Source: Methylorubrum extorquens (GTDB taxonomy: Bacteria; Pseudomonadota; Alphaproteobacteria; Rhizobiales; Beijerinckiaceae). Taken from it: a stretch of 32,000 nucleotides of DNA. The stretch lies in assembly GCA_900234795.1 (NCBI GenBank), contig LT962688.1:2850001-2882000 (forward strand). The letters are read 5' to 3'. Made by a program: the position numbers and the translations under genes. The first letter of the stretch is position 1. Every line of letters starts with the position of its first letter. The notes under the pieces were generated by a model, which worked only from the letters and a program-made list of their open reading frames with translations, made no database searches and was not told the DNA's origin. Below, piece by piece: positions 19,368 to 29,001 of this stretch.

Positions 19368-19421
19368 GGCGTCCGTTCCGTTTCGACCCGGCGTGGTGCG
19401 CGATCAAAGAACTCGCTGCTC

Positions 19422-20588
19422 TCAGGCCGGCAGACCCGTCTCAATGATCCGCGCCCAGAGCGAGGCGCCATAGGGGATGGCGGCGTCGTTGAAGTCGTAT
19501 TCCGGGTGGTGGAGGCCGGCGGAGGGGCCATTGCCTATGAAGATGTAGGCGCCGGGCCGGTGGGCCAGCATGTAGGAGAAATCCTCGGCCGCCATCATCG
19601 GCGCCACGTCCCGCTCGACACGATCCTCGCCGACGACCTGCGCGGCGACATCAGCCATGAAGTCGGTCTCGGCCGGGTGGTTCTCAGTCGCCGGATAGCC
19701 GCTGGCGAAATCGACGTTCGCCCGCGCGCCGAAGGCCACGGCAACATTCTCTGCAATCGCCGCGAGCCGCTCGCGCATCAGGTCGCGCACGGCCGGCGTC
19801 AGCGCCCGCATGGTGCCGCGCAGTTCCGCCGTCTGCGGCAACACGTTGAACGCCTCGCCCGCGTCGACCGCGCAGACGGAGACCACCGCCGAATCGAGCG
19901 GATCGATGTTGCGGGCGACGATGGATTGCAGGGCGACGACGATGTGGCTCCCGACCAGCACCGTATCGACCGCTGCCTGCGGCAGGGCCGCGTGCCCGCC
20001 CCTTCCCTCGATCCAAATCGTGAAGCGGTCGGTGGAGGCCATGATCGGGCCGGGACGGATCGCGAAGGTGCCGATCGGTTGGCCGGGGACGTTGTGAAGG
20101 CCGTAGACCGACTCGACGCCGAAGCGCTCCATCATTCCGTCCTGCACCATCGCCTCGCCGCCGCCCCCGCCCTCCTCGGCCGGCTGGAAGATCAGCACCG
20201 CGCGGCCATCGAAGTCGCGGGTCTCGGCGAGGTACTTCGCGGCGCCGAGCAGCATGGCGGTGTGCCCGTCATGGCCGCAGGCGTGCATCTTGCCCGGCGC
20301 AATCGAGCGGTAGGGAAGGTCGCGGATCTCCTGGATCGGCAAGGCGTCCATGTCGGCGCGCAGGCCGATCGCGCGGTTGGAACCGTGCGCCCGCCCGCGG
20401 ATCATGCCAACGACGCCGGTGCGGCCGATCCCGGTGACGACCTCATCGCAGCCGAAGGCGCGCAGCTTGTCCGCCACGAAACCGGCGGTGCGGTGAACGT
20501 CGTACTGAAGCTCCGGATGGGCGTGGAGATCGTGCCGCCAGGCGGTGATCTCCTCCGAGAGATCGGCGATGCGGTCGATGACGGGCAT
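19422..20588 (-). CDS. M20D-family amidohydrolase (hippurate hydrolase / N-acyl-amino-acid amidohydrolase-like)
   Basis: ORF 19422..20648 trimmed to the ATG at 20588 (MPVIDRIADLSEEITAWRHDLHAHPEL...). It has the metal-binding MHACGHDGH motif and a typical length of 388 aa. Confidence 0.88.
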   Translation of the reverse strand: MPVIDRIADLSEEITAWRHDLHAHPELQYDVHRTAGFVADKLRAFGCDEVVTGIGRTGVVGMIRGRAHGSNRAIGLRADMDALPIQEIRDLPYRSIAPGKMHACGHDGHTAMLLGAAKYLAETRDFDGRAVLIFQPAEEGGGGGEAMVQDGMMERFGVESVYGLHNVPGQPIGTFAIRPGPIMASTDRFTIWIEGRGGHAALPQAAVDTVLVGSHIVVALQSIVARNIDPLDSAVVSVCAVDAGEAFNVLPQTAELRGTMRALTPAVRDLMRERLAAIAENVAVAFGARANVDFASGYPATENHPAETDFMADVAAQVVGEDRVERDVAPMMAAEDFSYMLAHRPGAYIFIGNGPSAGLHHPEYDFNDAAIPYGASLWARIIETGLPA

Positions 20589-20675
20589 GGATCCAACCTT
20601 TCCGGAAGGTCCCAGCAAGCAGAAGGCCAACACCGGGTCAACGGCCAAGCCTCGGGGCGAGCGCCCGATAAGCGA

Positions 20676-21140
20676 TCACCCCTGCTTTCTTCCTCGTCTC
20701 AATGGTGCCACGCCCGTCGCCGCGGGCTCGGGCGCCTCTCCTCCCGCCAGATCGTCGAGAATCGGGCAGTCCGGTCGGTCGTCGCCGCAGCAGCGTTCGG
20801 CCAGATGTTCGAGGGTGCGGGCCATCGCCTCCAACTCGCCGATGCGGCGGCGCAGGTCGGCGACATGGCCGAGCGCCACGGCCTTGACCGCGCCGCTGGC
20901 GCGGGAGCGGTCGTGCCAGAGCGCCAGTAGGTCGGCGATCTCCCGCATCGAGAAGCCGAGGTCGCGGGCGCGGCGGACGAAGCGGAGCGCGTGCAGGTCG
21001 GCCTCGCTGTACACGCGATAGCCGGCGGCCGTCCGTCCCGCGGGGCCGAGCAGGCCCGTCTCCTCGTAGTAGCGGATCATCTTGGCCGAGACGCCGGTCG
21101 CGCGGGCCGCCTCGCCGATGGTGACGGAGGGCGCGCTCAT
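20676..21140 (-). CDS. cueR: Cu(I)-responsive MerR-family regulator CueR/HmrR
   Basis: N-terminal [27 protein letters not shown] and C-terminal metal loop [15 protein letters not shown] (compare E. coli CPGDDSADCPI). Its start overlaps the copA stop by 4 nt (21137-21140). Confidence 0.9.
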   Translation of the reverse strand: MSAPSVTIGEAARATGVSAKMIRYYEETGLLGPAGRTAAGYRVYSEADLHALRFVRRARDLGFSMREIADLLALWHDRSRASGAVKAVALGHVADLRRRIGELEAMARTLEHLAERCCGDDRPDCPILDDLAGGEAPEPAATGVAPLRRGRKQG

Positions 21141-23635
21141 GCGGTGCCCCCCGCCCGCTTGAGGCGCAGCGCGTTGCCGACGACGAAGACGCTGGAGAGC
21201 GCCATCGCCCCGGCCGCCAGGACCGGCGAGAGCTGCGGACCGCCGAAGACCGCGAGCCCACCGGCGGCGACGGGGATCAGCGCCGCGTTGTAGGCAAACG
21301 CCCAGAACAGGTTCTGGCGGATGTTCGCGAGCGTCGCACGCGACAGGATCACGGCCTCGACCAGCCCGGTGAGCGCACCGGACATCAGCACGACGTCGGC
21401 ACTCTCCACCGCGATGTCGGTGCCGGTACCGATGGCGATACCGATATCGGCCTCGGCCAGAGCGGGTGCGTCGTTGATGCCGTCGCCGACGAAAGCGACT
21501 GCGCCGTGGGCCTCGCGCAAGCGGCGCAGGGCCGCGACCTTACCCTCGGGCAGCACCTCGGCCTCGACTTCGGTGATGCCGAGCGAACGCGCGACCGCCT
21601 CGGCGGTGGCGCGGGCATCCCCCGTCAGCATCGCCACGGTGAGGCCGCGGGCGCGCAGGGCGTCAAGGGCCGCCCGCGCCTCCGGCTTGACCGGATCGGC
21701 TACCGCGACGAGCGCCGCGAGTCGGCCATCCACGGCGGCGAAGATGGGGCTCTTCCCCTTCTGAGCGAGACGGCTCGCCTCGCTTTCGAGCGCAGCGGTC
21801 GTCACGCCGAGCCGTTCCATGAAGCGGCGGTTGCCGAGCGCCACCGCCCGCCCCTCGACTCGCGCCGAGACGCCGTGGCCCAGCACCGCCTCGAACGCTT
21901 CGGCGTCAGGGAGTGCCCCGGCGTCGCGCGCCGCGGCGGCGATGGCGCGGGCGACCGGATGCTCGGAGCGCGCCTCGACGGCGCCTGCCAGCGCCAGCAC
22001 ATTCTCCCGGGAGAAGCCTGGCGCGGTGACGAGATCGGTCAGGCGCGGACGGCCCTCGGTCAGCGTGCCGGTCTTGTCGAGGGCGATGACGCGGGCGTCC
22101 CGCAGCGCCTGCAGCGCGGCGCCCTGACGGAACAGGACGCCGCGTTCCGCCGCCCGGCCGGTACCGACCATGATCGAGACCGGCGTCGCCAGCCCCATGG
22201 CGCAGGGGCAGGCGATGATGAGCACGGAGATTTCCGCGACCAAGGCATGTCCGAGCGCCGGCGAAGGCCCAAGGACGAGCCACGCGAGGAAGGTCAGCAC
22301 AGCGATGGCGATGACGGCGGGCACGAACCACAGGGTGACCCGGTCCACCAGCGCCTGGATCGGCAGCTTGCCGCCTTGCGCCTCCTCGACCATCCGCACG
22401 ATCCGCGCCAGCGCGGTGTCGGCACCGGTGCGGTCCACTGTGAAGTCGAAGCTGCCAGTGGTGTTGAGGGTGCCGCCGACGACGCGGGCGCCCATGCCCT
22501 TCTCCACCGGCACCGGCTCGCCGGTGATCATGCTCTCATCGACGAAGGAGGCGCCCGATGCGACGAGGCCGTCCGCCGGCACGCGCTCGCCGGGCCGCAC
22601 GCGCACCCGGTCGCCGATCCTGAGGTCGGCCGCCGGCACCTCGCGCTCGGTCGCACCCTCGACCCGCCGCGCCGTCTTGGGCGAGAGGTCGATCAGCCGC
22701 GCGATCGCCGCGCCGGCCCGCCCCTTGGCGCGCGCCTCCAGAGTGCGGCCGAGCAGGATCAGCGTGACGATGAGGACGCTCGCCTCGAAGTAGAGATGCG
22801 CCGACCCGTCCGGCAGCCACCACGGCGCGGCGGTCGAGACCAGGGAGAAGAGGTAGGCCGCGCCGGCGCCGAGGGCGACGAGGGCGTTCATGTCGGGATG
22901 GCCGCGCAACAGGTTCGGCACGCCGATCCGGAAGAAGCGCCGGCCGGGCCCGGCCAGCACCAGGGTCGCGAGCACCGCCTGAATCCAGGCGAAGCCGCCT
23001 GCGCCGAGCACGCCCGTCACCGCATGGTGGAAGCCCGGCAGCAGATGGCTCCCCATGTCGAGGACCACGACCGGGGCCGACAGAACGGCGGCGACGATCA
23101 GGTCGCGGCGGAGTGCGGCCGCCTCCCGCTCCTGCCGATCCGCGTGTGAGGCGTCCGCTGCGGCACCGAGCGCACGCGCCTCGTAGCCGGCCTGCCGCAC
23201 GGCCGCCTCGACATCGCTCAGGGAGACGGTGCCGGCGGCGTGGTGCAATTCCGCCCGGCCGGTGGCGAGGTTCACGCTCGCCGAGACAGCACCGGGAAGC
23301 GCCATAAGGGCGCGCTCCACGCGTCCGACACAGGAGGCGCAGCTCATCCCCTCGACGGAGACGGCGGTGACGGATTCCGGCACGTCGTAGCCGGCTTCGC
23401 GGATTGCCTCGACCGCCCGCGAGGGTGGTAGGCCATCCGGCAGGGTAAGGCTGGCGCGGCCGGTGGCGAGATTGACAGCGGCATTGGTCACGCCGGGCAG
23501 CGCGCGGAGCGACCGCTCGACGCGTCCGACGCAGGAGGCGCAGCTCATGCCCTCGACCGGCAGGGTCAGGCGGGACGGCCGCTCGGCCTCAACGGGCGCG
23601 GGCGGCGTGGTGTGGGATTCAAGGATCGTTTCCAT
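21137..23635 (-). CDS. copA: copper-translocating P1B-type ATPase
   Basis: 832 aa with two HMA domains ([12 protein letters not shown] twice), the CPC motif ([13 protein letters not shown]), DKTGTLT and VGDGINDAP. Confidence 0.96.
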   Translation of the reverse strand: METILESHTTPPAPVEAERPSRLTLPVEGMSCASCVGRVERSLRALPGVTNAAVNLATGRASLTLPDGLPPSRAVEAIREAGYDVPESVTAVSVEGMSCASCVGRVERALMALPGAVSASVNLATGRAELHHAAGTVSLSDVEAAVRQAGYEARALGAAADASHADRQEREAAALRRDLIVAAVLSAPVVVLDMGSHLLPGFHHAVTGVLGAGGFAWIQAVLATLVLAGPGRRFFRIGVPNLLRGHPDMNALVALGAGAAYLFSLVSTAAPWWLPDGSAHLYFEASVLIVTLILLGRTLEARAKGRAGAAIARLIDLSPKTARRVEGATEREVPAADLRIGDRVRVRPGERVPADGLVASGASFVDESMITGEPVPVEKGMGARVVGGTLNTTGSFDFTVDRTGADTALARIVRMVEEAQGGKLPIQALVDRVTLWFVPAVIAIAVLTFLAWLVLGPSPALGHALVAEISVLIIACPCAMGLATPVSIMVGTGRAAERGVLFRQGAALQALRDARVIALDKTGTLTEGRPRLTDLVTAPGFSRENVLALAGAVEARSEHPVARAIAAAARDAGALPDAEAFEAVLGHGVSARVEGRAVALGNRRFMERLGVTTAALESEASRLAQKGKSPIFAAVDGRLAALVAVADPVKPEARAALDALRARGLTVAMLTGDARATAEAVARSLGITEVEAEVLPEGKVAALRRLREAHGAVAFVGDGINDAPALAEADIGIAIGTGTDIAVESADVVLMSGALTGLVEAVILSRATLANIRQNLFWAFAYNAALIPVAAGGLAVFGGPQLSPVLAAGAMALSSVFVVGNALRLKRAGGTA

Positions 23636-23650
23636 GCCACCTCAGATGGG

Positions 23651-23673
23651 CCTTCCCATCATGGGAAGGTCAA
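23651..23673 (-). promoter_or_regulatory. CueR/MerR-type operator overlapping the copA promoter
   Basis: The minus strand reads CTTGACCTTCCCATGATGGGAAGGCCCATCT. A TTGACC -35 (23673-23668) runs into a perfect 7-5-7 dyad CCTTCCC-ATGAT-GGGAAGG (23669-23651). This closely resembles E. coli PcopA (CTTGACCTTCCCCTTGCTGGAAGG) as I recall it. Confidence 0.85.
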
Positions 23674-23835
23674 GGGGCGGGGCGTTCGAGGCTTTCAGGC
23701 CAGGGAAAGCACCTTTGCCCCCGCATCTTTCGGCACGTGTCGCGCGTCGTTCGATGTCCGCGCTGGCGCGACGGCATCGACCGACTCTTCCCGGCAAACG
23801 GGGCCGACCGCCCACCGTTCCCCCGGGGTCATCCG

Positions 23836-25128
23836 CTAATCCCGTGCGGGCACCTCGTCCGGCATCGGTCCCACGGTATCGGGCCGATGCTCCGGCAGGC
23901 TCACGCGCACCGTGGTGCCATGCCCTGGCTCGCTCTCGATGATGAGCTTGCCCCGGTGGCGATTGAGCGTGTGCTTCACGATGGCGAGCCCGAGACCGGT
24001 TCCGCCCTGCTGGCGGCTCGACGCCGTATCGACGCGGTAGAAGCGCTCGGTCAGCCGCGGGATATGCTCGGCCGCAATGCCCGGCCCCTCGTCGCGCACC
24101 CTGAGCTCGATTCGTGCCCCGCGCCCGTCCACCCCCTCGACGCGGTGGAGCGACACGACGACCACGCCGCCGCTGCCGCCATACTTCATCGCGTTCTCGA
24201 CGAGATTCTCGATGACGCGCAGCAGCTCGTCGCGATCCCCGAGCACCGGGAGCGGGATATCGGGCCGCTCGACGCTCAACGCGATGCCACGCTTGAGGGC
24301 GAGCGGCGCCTGCATGTCGACCATCTGGCGGGCGATGCGGCCGAGATCGACCGTCCGGGTTGGCACGACGTGCTCGTGCAGCTCGATGCGCGAGAGCGAG
24401 AGCAGGTCGTCGATCAGCCCGGTCATGCGCTGGGCCTGGGTGCGCATGATGCCGAGGAACTGCTCGCGGGCGCGGGCATCGTCGCGAGCTGGGCCCTGAA
24501 GGGTTTCGATGAAACCGAGGAGGGCGGCGAGCGGCGTGCGCAGTTCGTGGCTGGCATTGGCGACAAAATCGACCCGCATCGCCTCGAGGCGGCGCGCCTC
24601 GGTGAGATCGCGCAGGAACAGCACGACGTTGGCCTCGCCGCCGCCGGGCATGTCGGACATCGGAAGGGCGCCGATCTGCACCTCGAAGGCGCGTTCGGTC
24701 GGCACGCGGGTCGCGTACTCGGTCCGCACGGCCGATCCGGTGCGCAGCACTTCCTCGATTCCATCGAGCACGTCGGGCGCGCGCAGGGAGAAGGAGAGCG
24801 GATGGCGGAGCTTGAGCCCCGGCAGAAGCCGCCGGGCGGCCGGGTTGGCCTCCATGACCACCACCCGGCGATCGACCAGGATGACGGGATCGGGGATGTT
24901 CGCCAGCAGCGCCTCGGCGATGGTGTGGCGGCGCGGTGGGCCCGCCTCGGACTGCTGCAGAACCGGCCCCTGCACGCGGCGCCCGATGAGCCCGCCGATG
25001 AAAAGGGCAAGGCTGGCGGAGACGATCAGGGCGGCATCGACCGTGCCGCCGATCGCTTCCGCGAAAACAATCACGGCCACGGCCAGGGTGACGCCGAGCC
25101 ACAGAGGGCGGGCCGGGTTGCTCAACAT
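23836..25128 (-). CDS. phoR: PAS-containing sensor histidine kinase, PhoR-like
   Basis: 430 aa with an N-terminal membrane anchor and a PAS region. The H-box is DFVANASHELRTPLAALLGFIETLQGPARDDARAREQFLGIM, the N box is ENAMKYG and the G boxes are RDEGPGI / GGTGLGLAIVKH. The H-box context matches rhizobial PhoR as I remember it. Confidence 0.75.
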   Translation of the reverse strand: MLSNPARPLWLGVTLAVAVIVFAEAIGGTVDAALIVSASLALFIGGLIGRRVQGPVLQQSEAGPPRRHTIAEALLANIPDPVILVDRRVVVMEANPAARRLLPGLKLRHPLSFSLRAPDVLDGIEEVLRTGSAVRTEYATRVPTERAFEVQIGALPMSDMPGGGEANVVLFLRDLTEARRLEAMRVDFVANASHELRTPLAALLGFIETLQGPARDDARAREQFLGIMRTQAQRMTGLIDDLLSLSRIELHEHVVPTRTVDLGRIARQMVDMQAPLALKRGIALSVERPDIPLPVLGDRDELLRVIENLVENAMKYGGSGGVVVVSLHRVEGVDGRGARIELRVRDEGPGIAAEHIPRLTERFYRVDTASSRQQGGTGLGLAIVKHTLNRHRGKLIIESEPGHGTTVRVSLPEHRPDTVGPMPDEVPARD

Positions 25129-25151
25129 GCCGGGCTAGAGAACCGGCCAGA

Positions 25152-26207
25152 TCACGGGTCGTTCGCGGCCGCCCGGCGCCGCAGACGCTGCATTCCCTCG
25201 TAGATGCCGAGCATCACCAAGGCGAGGGCGAAGGGAACGAGGTAGTAGCAGACCCGGAACAGCAGCAGCGAGCCGAGCACCGACTCGCGCGGCAGGTAGG
25301 ACAGGGCGAGCAGGATCGTGGCTTCGAACACGCCGATGCCGCCCGGCGCGTTGGAGGCGATGCCGAGCATGGCGGCCAGCACGTAGATCGCCAGGAAGGT
25401 CGTGAAGGGGAGGTTCAGACCCTCCGGCATCAGCATGTAGAGCACGGCGGCCGCCGCGCAGACATCGCCGATGCCGACCACCATCTGGCTGAACGACACC
25501 GTGGCGCCCGGCAATTCGAGGTGCCAATGGCGCACCTTGATGTAGCGGCGCTTCACCGAGACCCAGGCGAGATAGCCGAGCACGAGCCCGAGCGTGCCGA
25601 AGCCGAGGATCTGATTGAGGCGCGCGGTGGTGTTGACGCCGATGCTCTTGAAGGTGAGGCTCGCGAGCTGGCCCGCCTCGATGATGAGGCTGAAGCCGAG
25701 CACCACCCCCATGCCGAGCCAGAAGGTGAAGCCGGCGATCACCGTCAGCGCGGCGATCTTGGCCGCCGACAACCCGCGCTTCGAGTAGATCCAGTAGCGG
25801 ATCGTCGCTGCGGTGATGAGCGGAAAGCCGAGGGTGAAGCTCACCGCGTAGCTCGTGAAGGAGGCGAGCGCCGTGATGCGGTAGGGCAGCTTGATCCGGA
25901 GCTGGCGCAGGGCGAGCGCGTCGTAGCAGGTCAAGAACAGGTAGCTGACCGCCACGAACAGGAAGGCTTCGGTAAGCTGGGTGGCGGCGACCGCAGTGAA
26001 GGCCGCCTGCAGCTCGGCCCAACTGATCTCTGCCGAGAGCTTCCACAGAACGCCGAGCGAGGCGACGATGAGGATGAGACTGGCGATCGTGCCGATCCAG
26101 GCATAGCGCCCGCGCTTCGATGCCTTCTTCGATCCGGCATCAGCCTCGCGGTCCGCGTCGGCCGGTTCGGCCTCCGTGACCATCCTGTGCTTCCCGGCAG
26201 GTTTCAT
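25152..26207 (-). CDS. UPF0104 / lysylphosphatidylglycerol-synthase-TM-region family membrane protein (flippase-like domain only)
   Basis: ORF 25152..26477 trimmed to the ATG at 26207 (26183 is an alternative). The untrimmed ORF would overlap the upstream gene and reads as junk. Polytopic, with LTCYDALALRQL, ...IASNAPGGIGVFEA... and LLLFRVCYYLVPF, which are typical of PF03706 proteins. Confidence 0.75.
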   Translation of the reverse strand: MKPAGKHRMVTEAEPADADREADAGSKKASKRGRYAWIGTIASLILIVASLGVLWKLSAEISWAELQAAFTAVAATQLTEAFLFVAVSYLFLTCYDALALRQLRIKLPYRITALASFTSYAVSFTLGFPLITAATIRYWIYSKRGLSAAKIAALTVIAGFTFWLGMGVVLGFSLIIEAGQLASLTFKSIGVNTTARLNQILGFGTLGLVLGYLAWVSVKRRYIKVRHWHLELPGATVSFSQMVVGIGDVCAAAAVLYMLMPEGLNLPFTTFLAIYVLAAMLGIASNAPGGIGVFEATILLALSYLPRESVLGSLLLFRVCYYLVPFALALVMLGIYEGMQRLRRRAAANDP

Positions 26208-26394
26208 GTGAGAACGGTATCCGCCTCCGCTGGTCGACCGCAGGGTGTATTCGGCGCGGGTCGTCCCGAGCGGTATCGATCCCGAACCGCCCCCGCGGCA
26301 TTTAGGGGCTTCGACCGGCAAAGGCCAGCGAAGGGCCACCGGCACGGGGATGCCCTGCACTGGGAATGCGGCCGAAATCACGGTATCCTGACCG

Positions 26395-27021
26395 TCACGG
26401 CGTCGCAGCGAGATGCCTGGCCGCCTCTGCCAAACCCGCCAGGATGCGGTCGCGCACGGCGGGCGCGGTGCAGACATAGGTCGGGCTCGGATGGGGTATC
26501 GCCACCACCGGCAGTTCCGGCCTCAAGGCGGAGAGCGGCGCCGACGCCTGGCGCGCAAAGCGCCCGGCCGGCACGACCACCGCGAGCCGCGGCAAGAGTG
26601 CAAGCAGCGGCGCGAAGTATGGCGCGGCAGCGCTCGCTTCCGCTCGGCGGGGCGCCCGGTTGAGGGCGCCAGGCGCGTGGATCACCCAGGGCACGGCGTT
26701 CCAGATCAGCGTGTCCCGCCGGGCGATCCCGGCCTCGGCCAGGAAGCGGAACAGGTTGGCGGCGGTGCCGGTCGGATTGTCGCGGGAGACGAAGCCGGTG
26801 CGGCCGATCGAGGGGCCCGGCGTCTCGAGCAGCAGGAGCAGCCGCGCCTCCACGCCGCCATCGAGCGGATCGGGATCGGGGACGGCCGCGCCCCGCTCGG
26901 CGGCGATCATGCGGGCGAAGGCGCGCAGCGGCCGGACATGCGGCGCGTCGGCCGTCGACCGGCGCGCCTGGAGAAGGGCGGGATCGCGCAGGCTCTTCGG
27001 CGCGTCAGGCGAAGCCGGCAT
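26395..27021 (-). CDS. uracil-DNA glycosylase superfamily (UDG-fold) protein
   Basis: 208 aa with an LETPGPSIG motif (like GE/QxPG motif A) and a C-terminal HPSPTY (HPS motif B). Its start overlaps the PIG-L stop by 17 nt. Confidence 0.55.
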   Translation of the reverse strand: MPASPDAPKSLRDPALLQARRSTADAPHVRPLRAFARMIAAERGAAVPDPDPLDGGVEARLLLLLETPGPSIGRTGFVSRDNPTGTAANLFRFLAEAGIARRDTLIWNAVPWVIHAPGALNRAPRRAEASAAAPYFAPLLALLPRLAVVVPAGRFARQASAPLSALRPELPVVAIPHPSPTYVCTAPAVRDRILAGLAEAARHLAATP

Positions 27022-27766
27022 CGCGCAGACCCGGCGGCACCCGGCCCTGCAAGCGGAAGCGTTCGACGCCGTTCTCAGCGGAAAGACGCGTGCGCAATCC
27101 GTCCGGCCCGCCGAACTGGAAGCCGATCTGCGACCCGTAGGCGGCGCAGGCCTCCGCCTTGCGGTGCTCGGCCTCCGAATCGAGGCGCACGACCTGCTCG
27201 GGCCAGTGCTCGAAGATCGACCTCAGCGGCTCTTTCGGCTCGGTGTTGCGCACCGTGTAGGGGAAGTCGCGCCACCACAGCACCGGCAGGGGCGGCTGCG
27301 CGGCGCGGAATGCGCGCACGACCTGCACGTGATCGACATGGCCGCCGACGGCCTGTGGCGCCAGGATCAGATCCGGCCCGGTATCGGCCACCAGCCGCTC
27401 GAAGGCGTCGGCGAGGTTGGCCCCGATCCGGTCGTCGGGGCGAAGTTCGGCGAACAATTCCGGCGCCGATGCGTAGCCGCGATGCGGCGCCTCCCGGAAC
27501 GGCAGGTGGACCGGCTCTTCGATGCCGAGCGCACGGGCCGCCGCGCGATCCTCCTCGCGGCGCAGGGCCATGTAATCGACCTCCGGCCCCAGCCCCTTGT
27601 CGAGCTGACAGGCCAGAGCGAAGCCGCGCGGGTCCCGCACCGATGCCGTGAAGATCGTCGCTATGACGACCTGCCAGCCCTGCGCGGCAAGCCGCGCCAG
27701 CGTGCCGCCTGCCGAGAAAACCGCATCATCGAGATGCGGCGAGATGGCGAGTGCGGTACGCGTCAC
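27005..27766 (-). CDS. PIG-L / LmbE family de-N-acetylase
   Basis: ORF 27005..28042 trimmed to the GTG at 27766 (VTRTALAISPHLDDAVFSAGG...). It has the zinc motifs PHLDD and GGHVDHVQV. The GTG overlaps the TGA of the upstream GT4 gene (GTGA). Confidence 0.85.
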   Translation of the reverse strand: MTRTALAISPHLDDAVFSAGGTLARLAAQGWQVVIATIFTASVRDPRGFALACQLDKGLGPEVDYMALRREEDRAAARALGIEEPVHLPFREAPHRGYASAPELFAELRPDDRIGANLADAFERLVADTGPDLILAPQAVGGHVDHVQVVRAFRAAQPPLPVLWWRDFPYTVRNTEPKEPLRSIFEHWPEQVVRLDSEAEHRKAEACAAYGSQIGFQFGGPDGLRTRLSAENGVERFRLQGRVPPGLRDAGFA

Positions 27767-29001
27767 AGCAGGTGCGGCTCCTTGCGGAAGCGGCAATCGG
27801 CGTCGATCGGCAGCGTGTCCGGGACATCCGTGTGCGGGCGCTCCCCGGCGACCTGCGCATAGACATCCATGATCTGACGGCCGACGGCGGTCCAGGAATA
27901 GACCCGGCGGCACTCCTCCAATCCAACCTCGGCGAGACGCTGGCGCAAATCGTCGTCCTCCACCACCCGCCGAAGGGCGGCGGTGAGCGCCCGCACATCG
28001 CCGGGATTCACCAGCAATCCGTTCTCTTCGTCCCGCAGGCAATCCGAGACGCCGACGGAGTGGGTCGAGACCACCGCGAGCCCGGCGGCCATGGCCTCCA
28101 GAATCGTGTTCGAGAAGCCCTCCGCGTAGGTCGGCGAAACGAAGACGTCGGCCTCGCGGTAGAGGTCCGGCACGGTGTCATAGTCGGCGTAGCCGGTGAA
28201 GCGGACCTGCGCCGAGGTGAAGCCGATGGCGTCCGCTTTCGCGCGGGCGGACTCGACATCCGGTCCGATGCCGGAGATCGTCGCGTCGAACGGCACGCCG
28301 GCCTCCCAAAGCCGCTCCAGGGCGTCGAGGAAATCGAGCACGCCTTTCCGGCGGTCGACCCGGCCGTGGTAGAGCAGCCGCACCGGCTCCTCGTCCTCAC
28401 GCTCGGCCTGGAAGCGTTCTCCTGGGGTGAAGCGGGCGGTATCGACGGCGCCGGGGACGATGGCGAAGCGAGTGGGATCGGAGCCGAGCCGGTCACACAC
28501 CTCCTTCAGGAAGGATTGCCCGCCGATCAGCAGGGCGTTGGCATGGGCCAGCACCTCGACCATCGCGCGGCGATGCGTCTCGCAGCAGGAGCCGACCCAG
28601 TGGCCGTCGCCGCCCTGGATCGAGACGACCGTCGGCACGCCGAGCCGCTTGCCCGCCAGCAACACCGCCCAGCCGGTCGGGTAGCCATATTGCGCGTGCA
28701 GCACGTCGAACGGCTTCTTGGCGTGCTCGGCGCAGATCGTCGCGACGATCGTATCGATGTCACGCTCGAAATCCCCGCCCTCCTGCTCGCCCTGCTGTTC
28801 GAGGCCGATGACATGGACGCCGGGCACGGCGGGCGGCGGGCCGCCGCCATAGACGCGCGTGCCGAATTCGTCGCCGCGATATTGCGAGATCATCGTCACG
28901 TCGTGGCCGGCCCCCGCCACCTCGCGCAGAAGGTTCTGCGCATAGACGCTCATGCCGGAGATCGCCGGGAAGTAGCGGCGGCTGACGAAACAGATTCTCA
29001 T
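27763..29001 (-). CDS. GT4-family (GT-B, retaining) glycosyltransferase
   Basis: 412 aa with N-terminal MRICFVSRRYFPAISGMSVYAQNL and a C-terminal EX7E region YAEGFSNTILEAMAAGLAVVSTHSVGVSDCLRDEENGLLV. Its ATG overlaps the stop of the TIM-barrel gene (ATGA). Confidence 0.9.
   Translation of the reverse strand: MRICFVSRRYFPAISGMSVYAQNLLREVAGAGHDVTMISQYRGDEFGTRVYGGGPPPAVPGVHVIGLEQQGEQEGGDFERDIDTIVATICAEHAKKPFDVLHAQYGYPTGWAVLLAGKRLGVPTVVSIQGGDGHWVGSCCETHRRAMVEVLAHANALLIGGQSFLKEVCDRLGSDPTRFAIVPGAVDTARFTPGERFQAEREDEEPVRLLYHGRVDRRKGVLDFLDALERLWEAGVPFDATISGIGPDVESARAKADAIGFTSAQVRFTGYADYDTVPDLYREADVFVSPTYAEGFSNTILEAMAAGLAVVSTHSVGVSDCLRDEENGLLVNPGDVRALTAALRRVVEDDDLRQRLAEVGLEECRRVYSWTAVGRQIMDVYAQVAGERPHTDVPDTLPIDADCRFRKEPHLL

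Noticed and set aside
19506-23149. + strand ORFs 19506..20930 (474 aa) and 21506..23149 (547 aa)
   Set aside because: Antisense shadows of the M20 amidohydrolase/cueR and copA genes. No motifs, and Arg/Gly/Asp/His-rich.
23642-25203. ORFs 23642..25102 (-, 486 aa) and 23737..25203 (+, 488 aa)
   Set aside because: These are an alternate frame and the antisense of the PhoR-like kinase gene. Only frame 23836..25128 shows H, N and G boxes.
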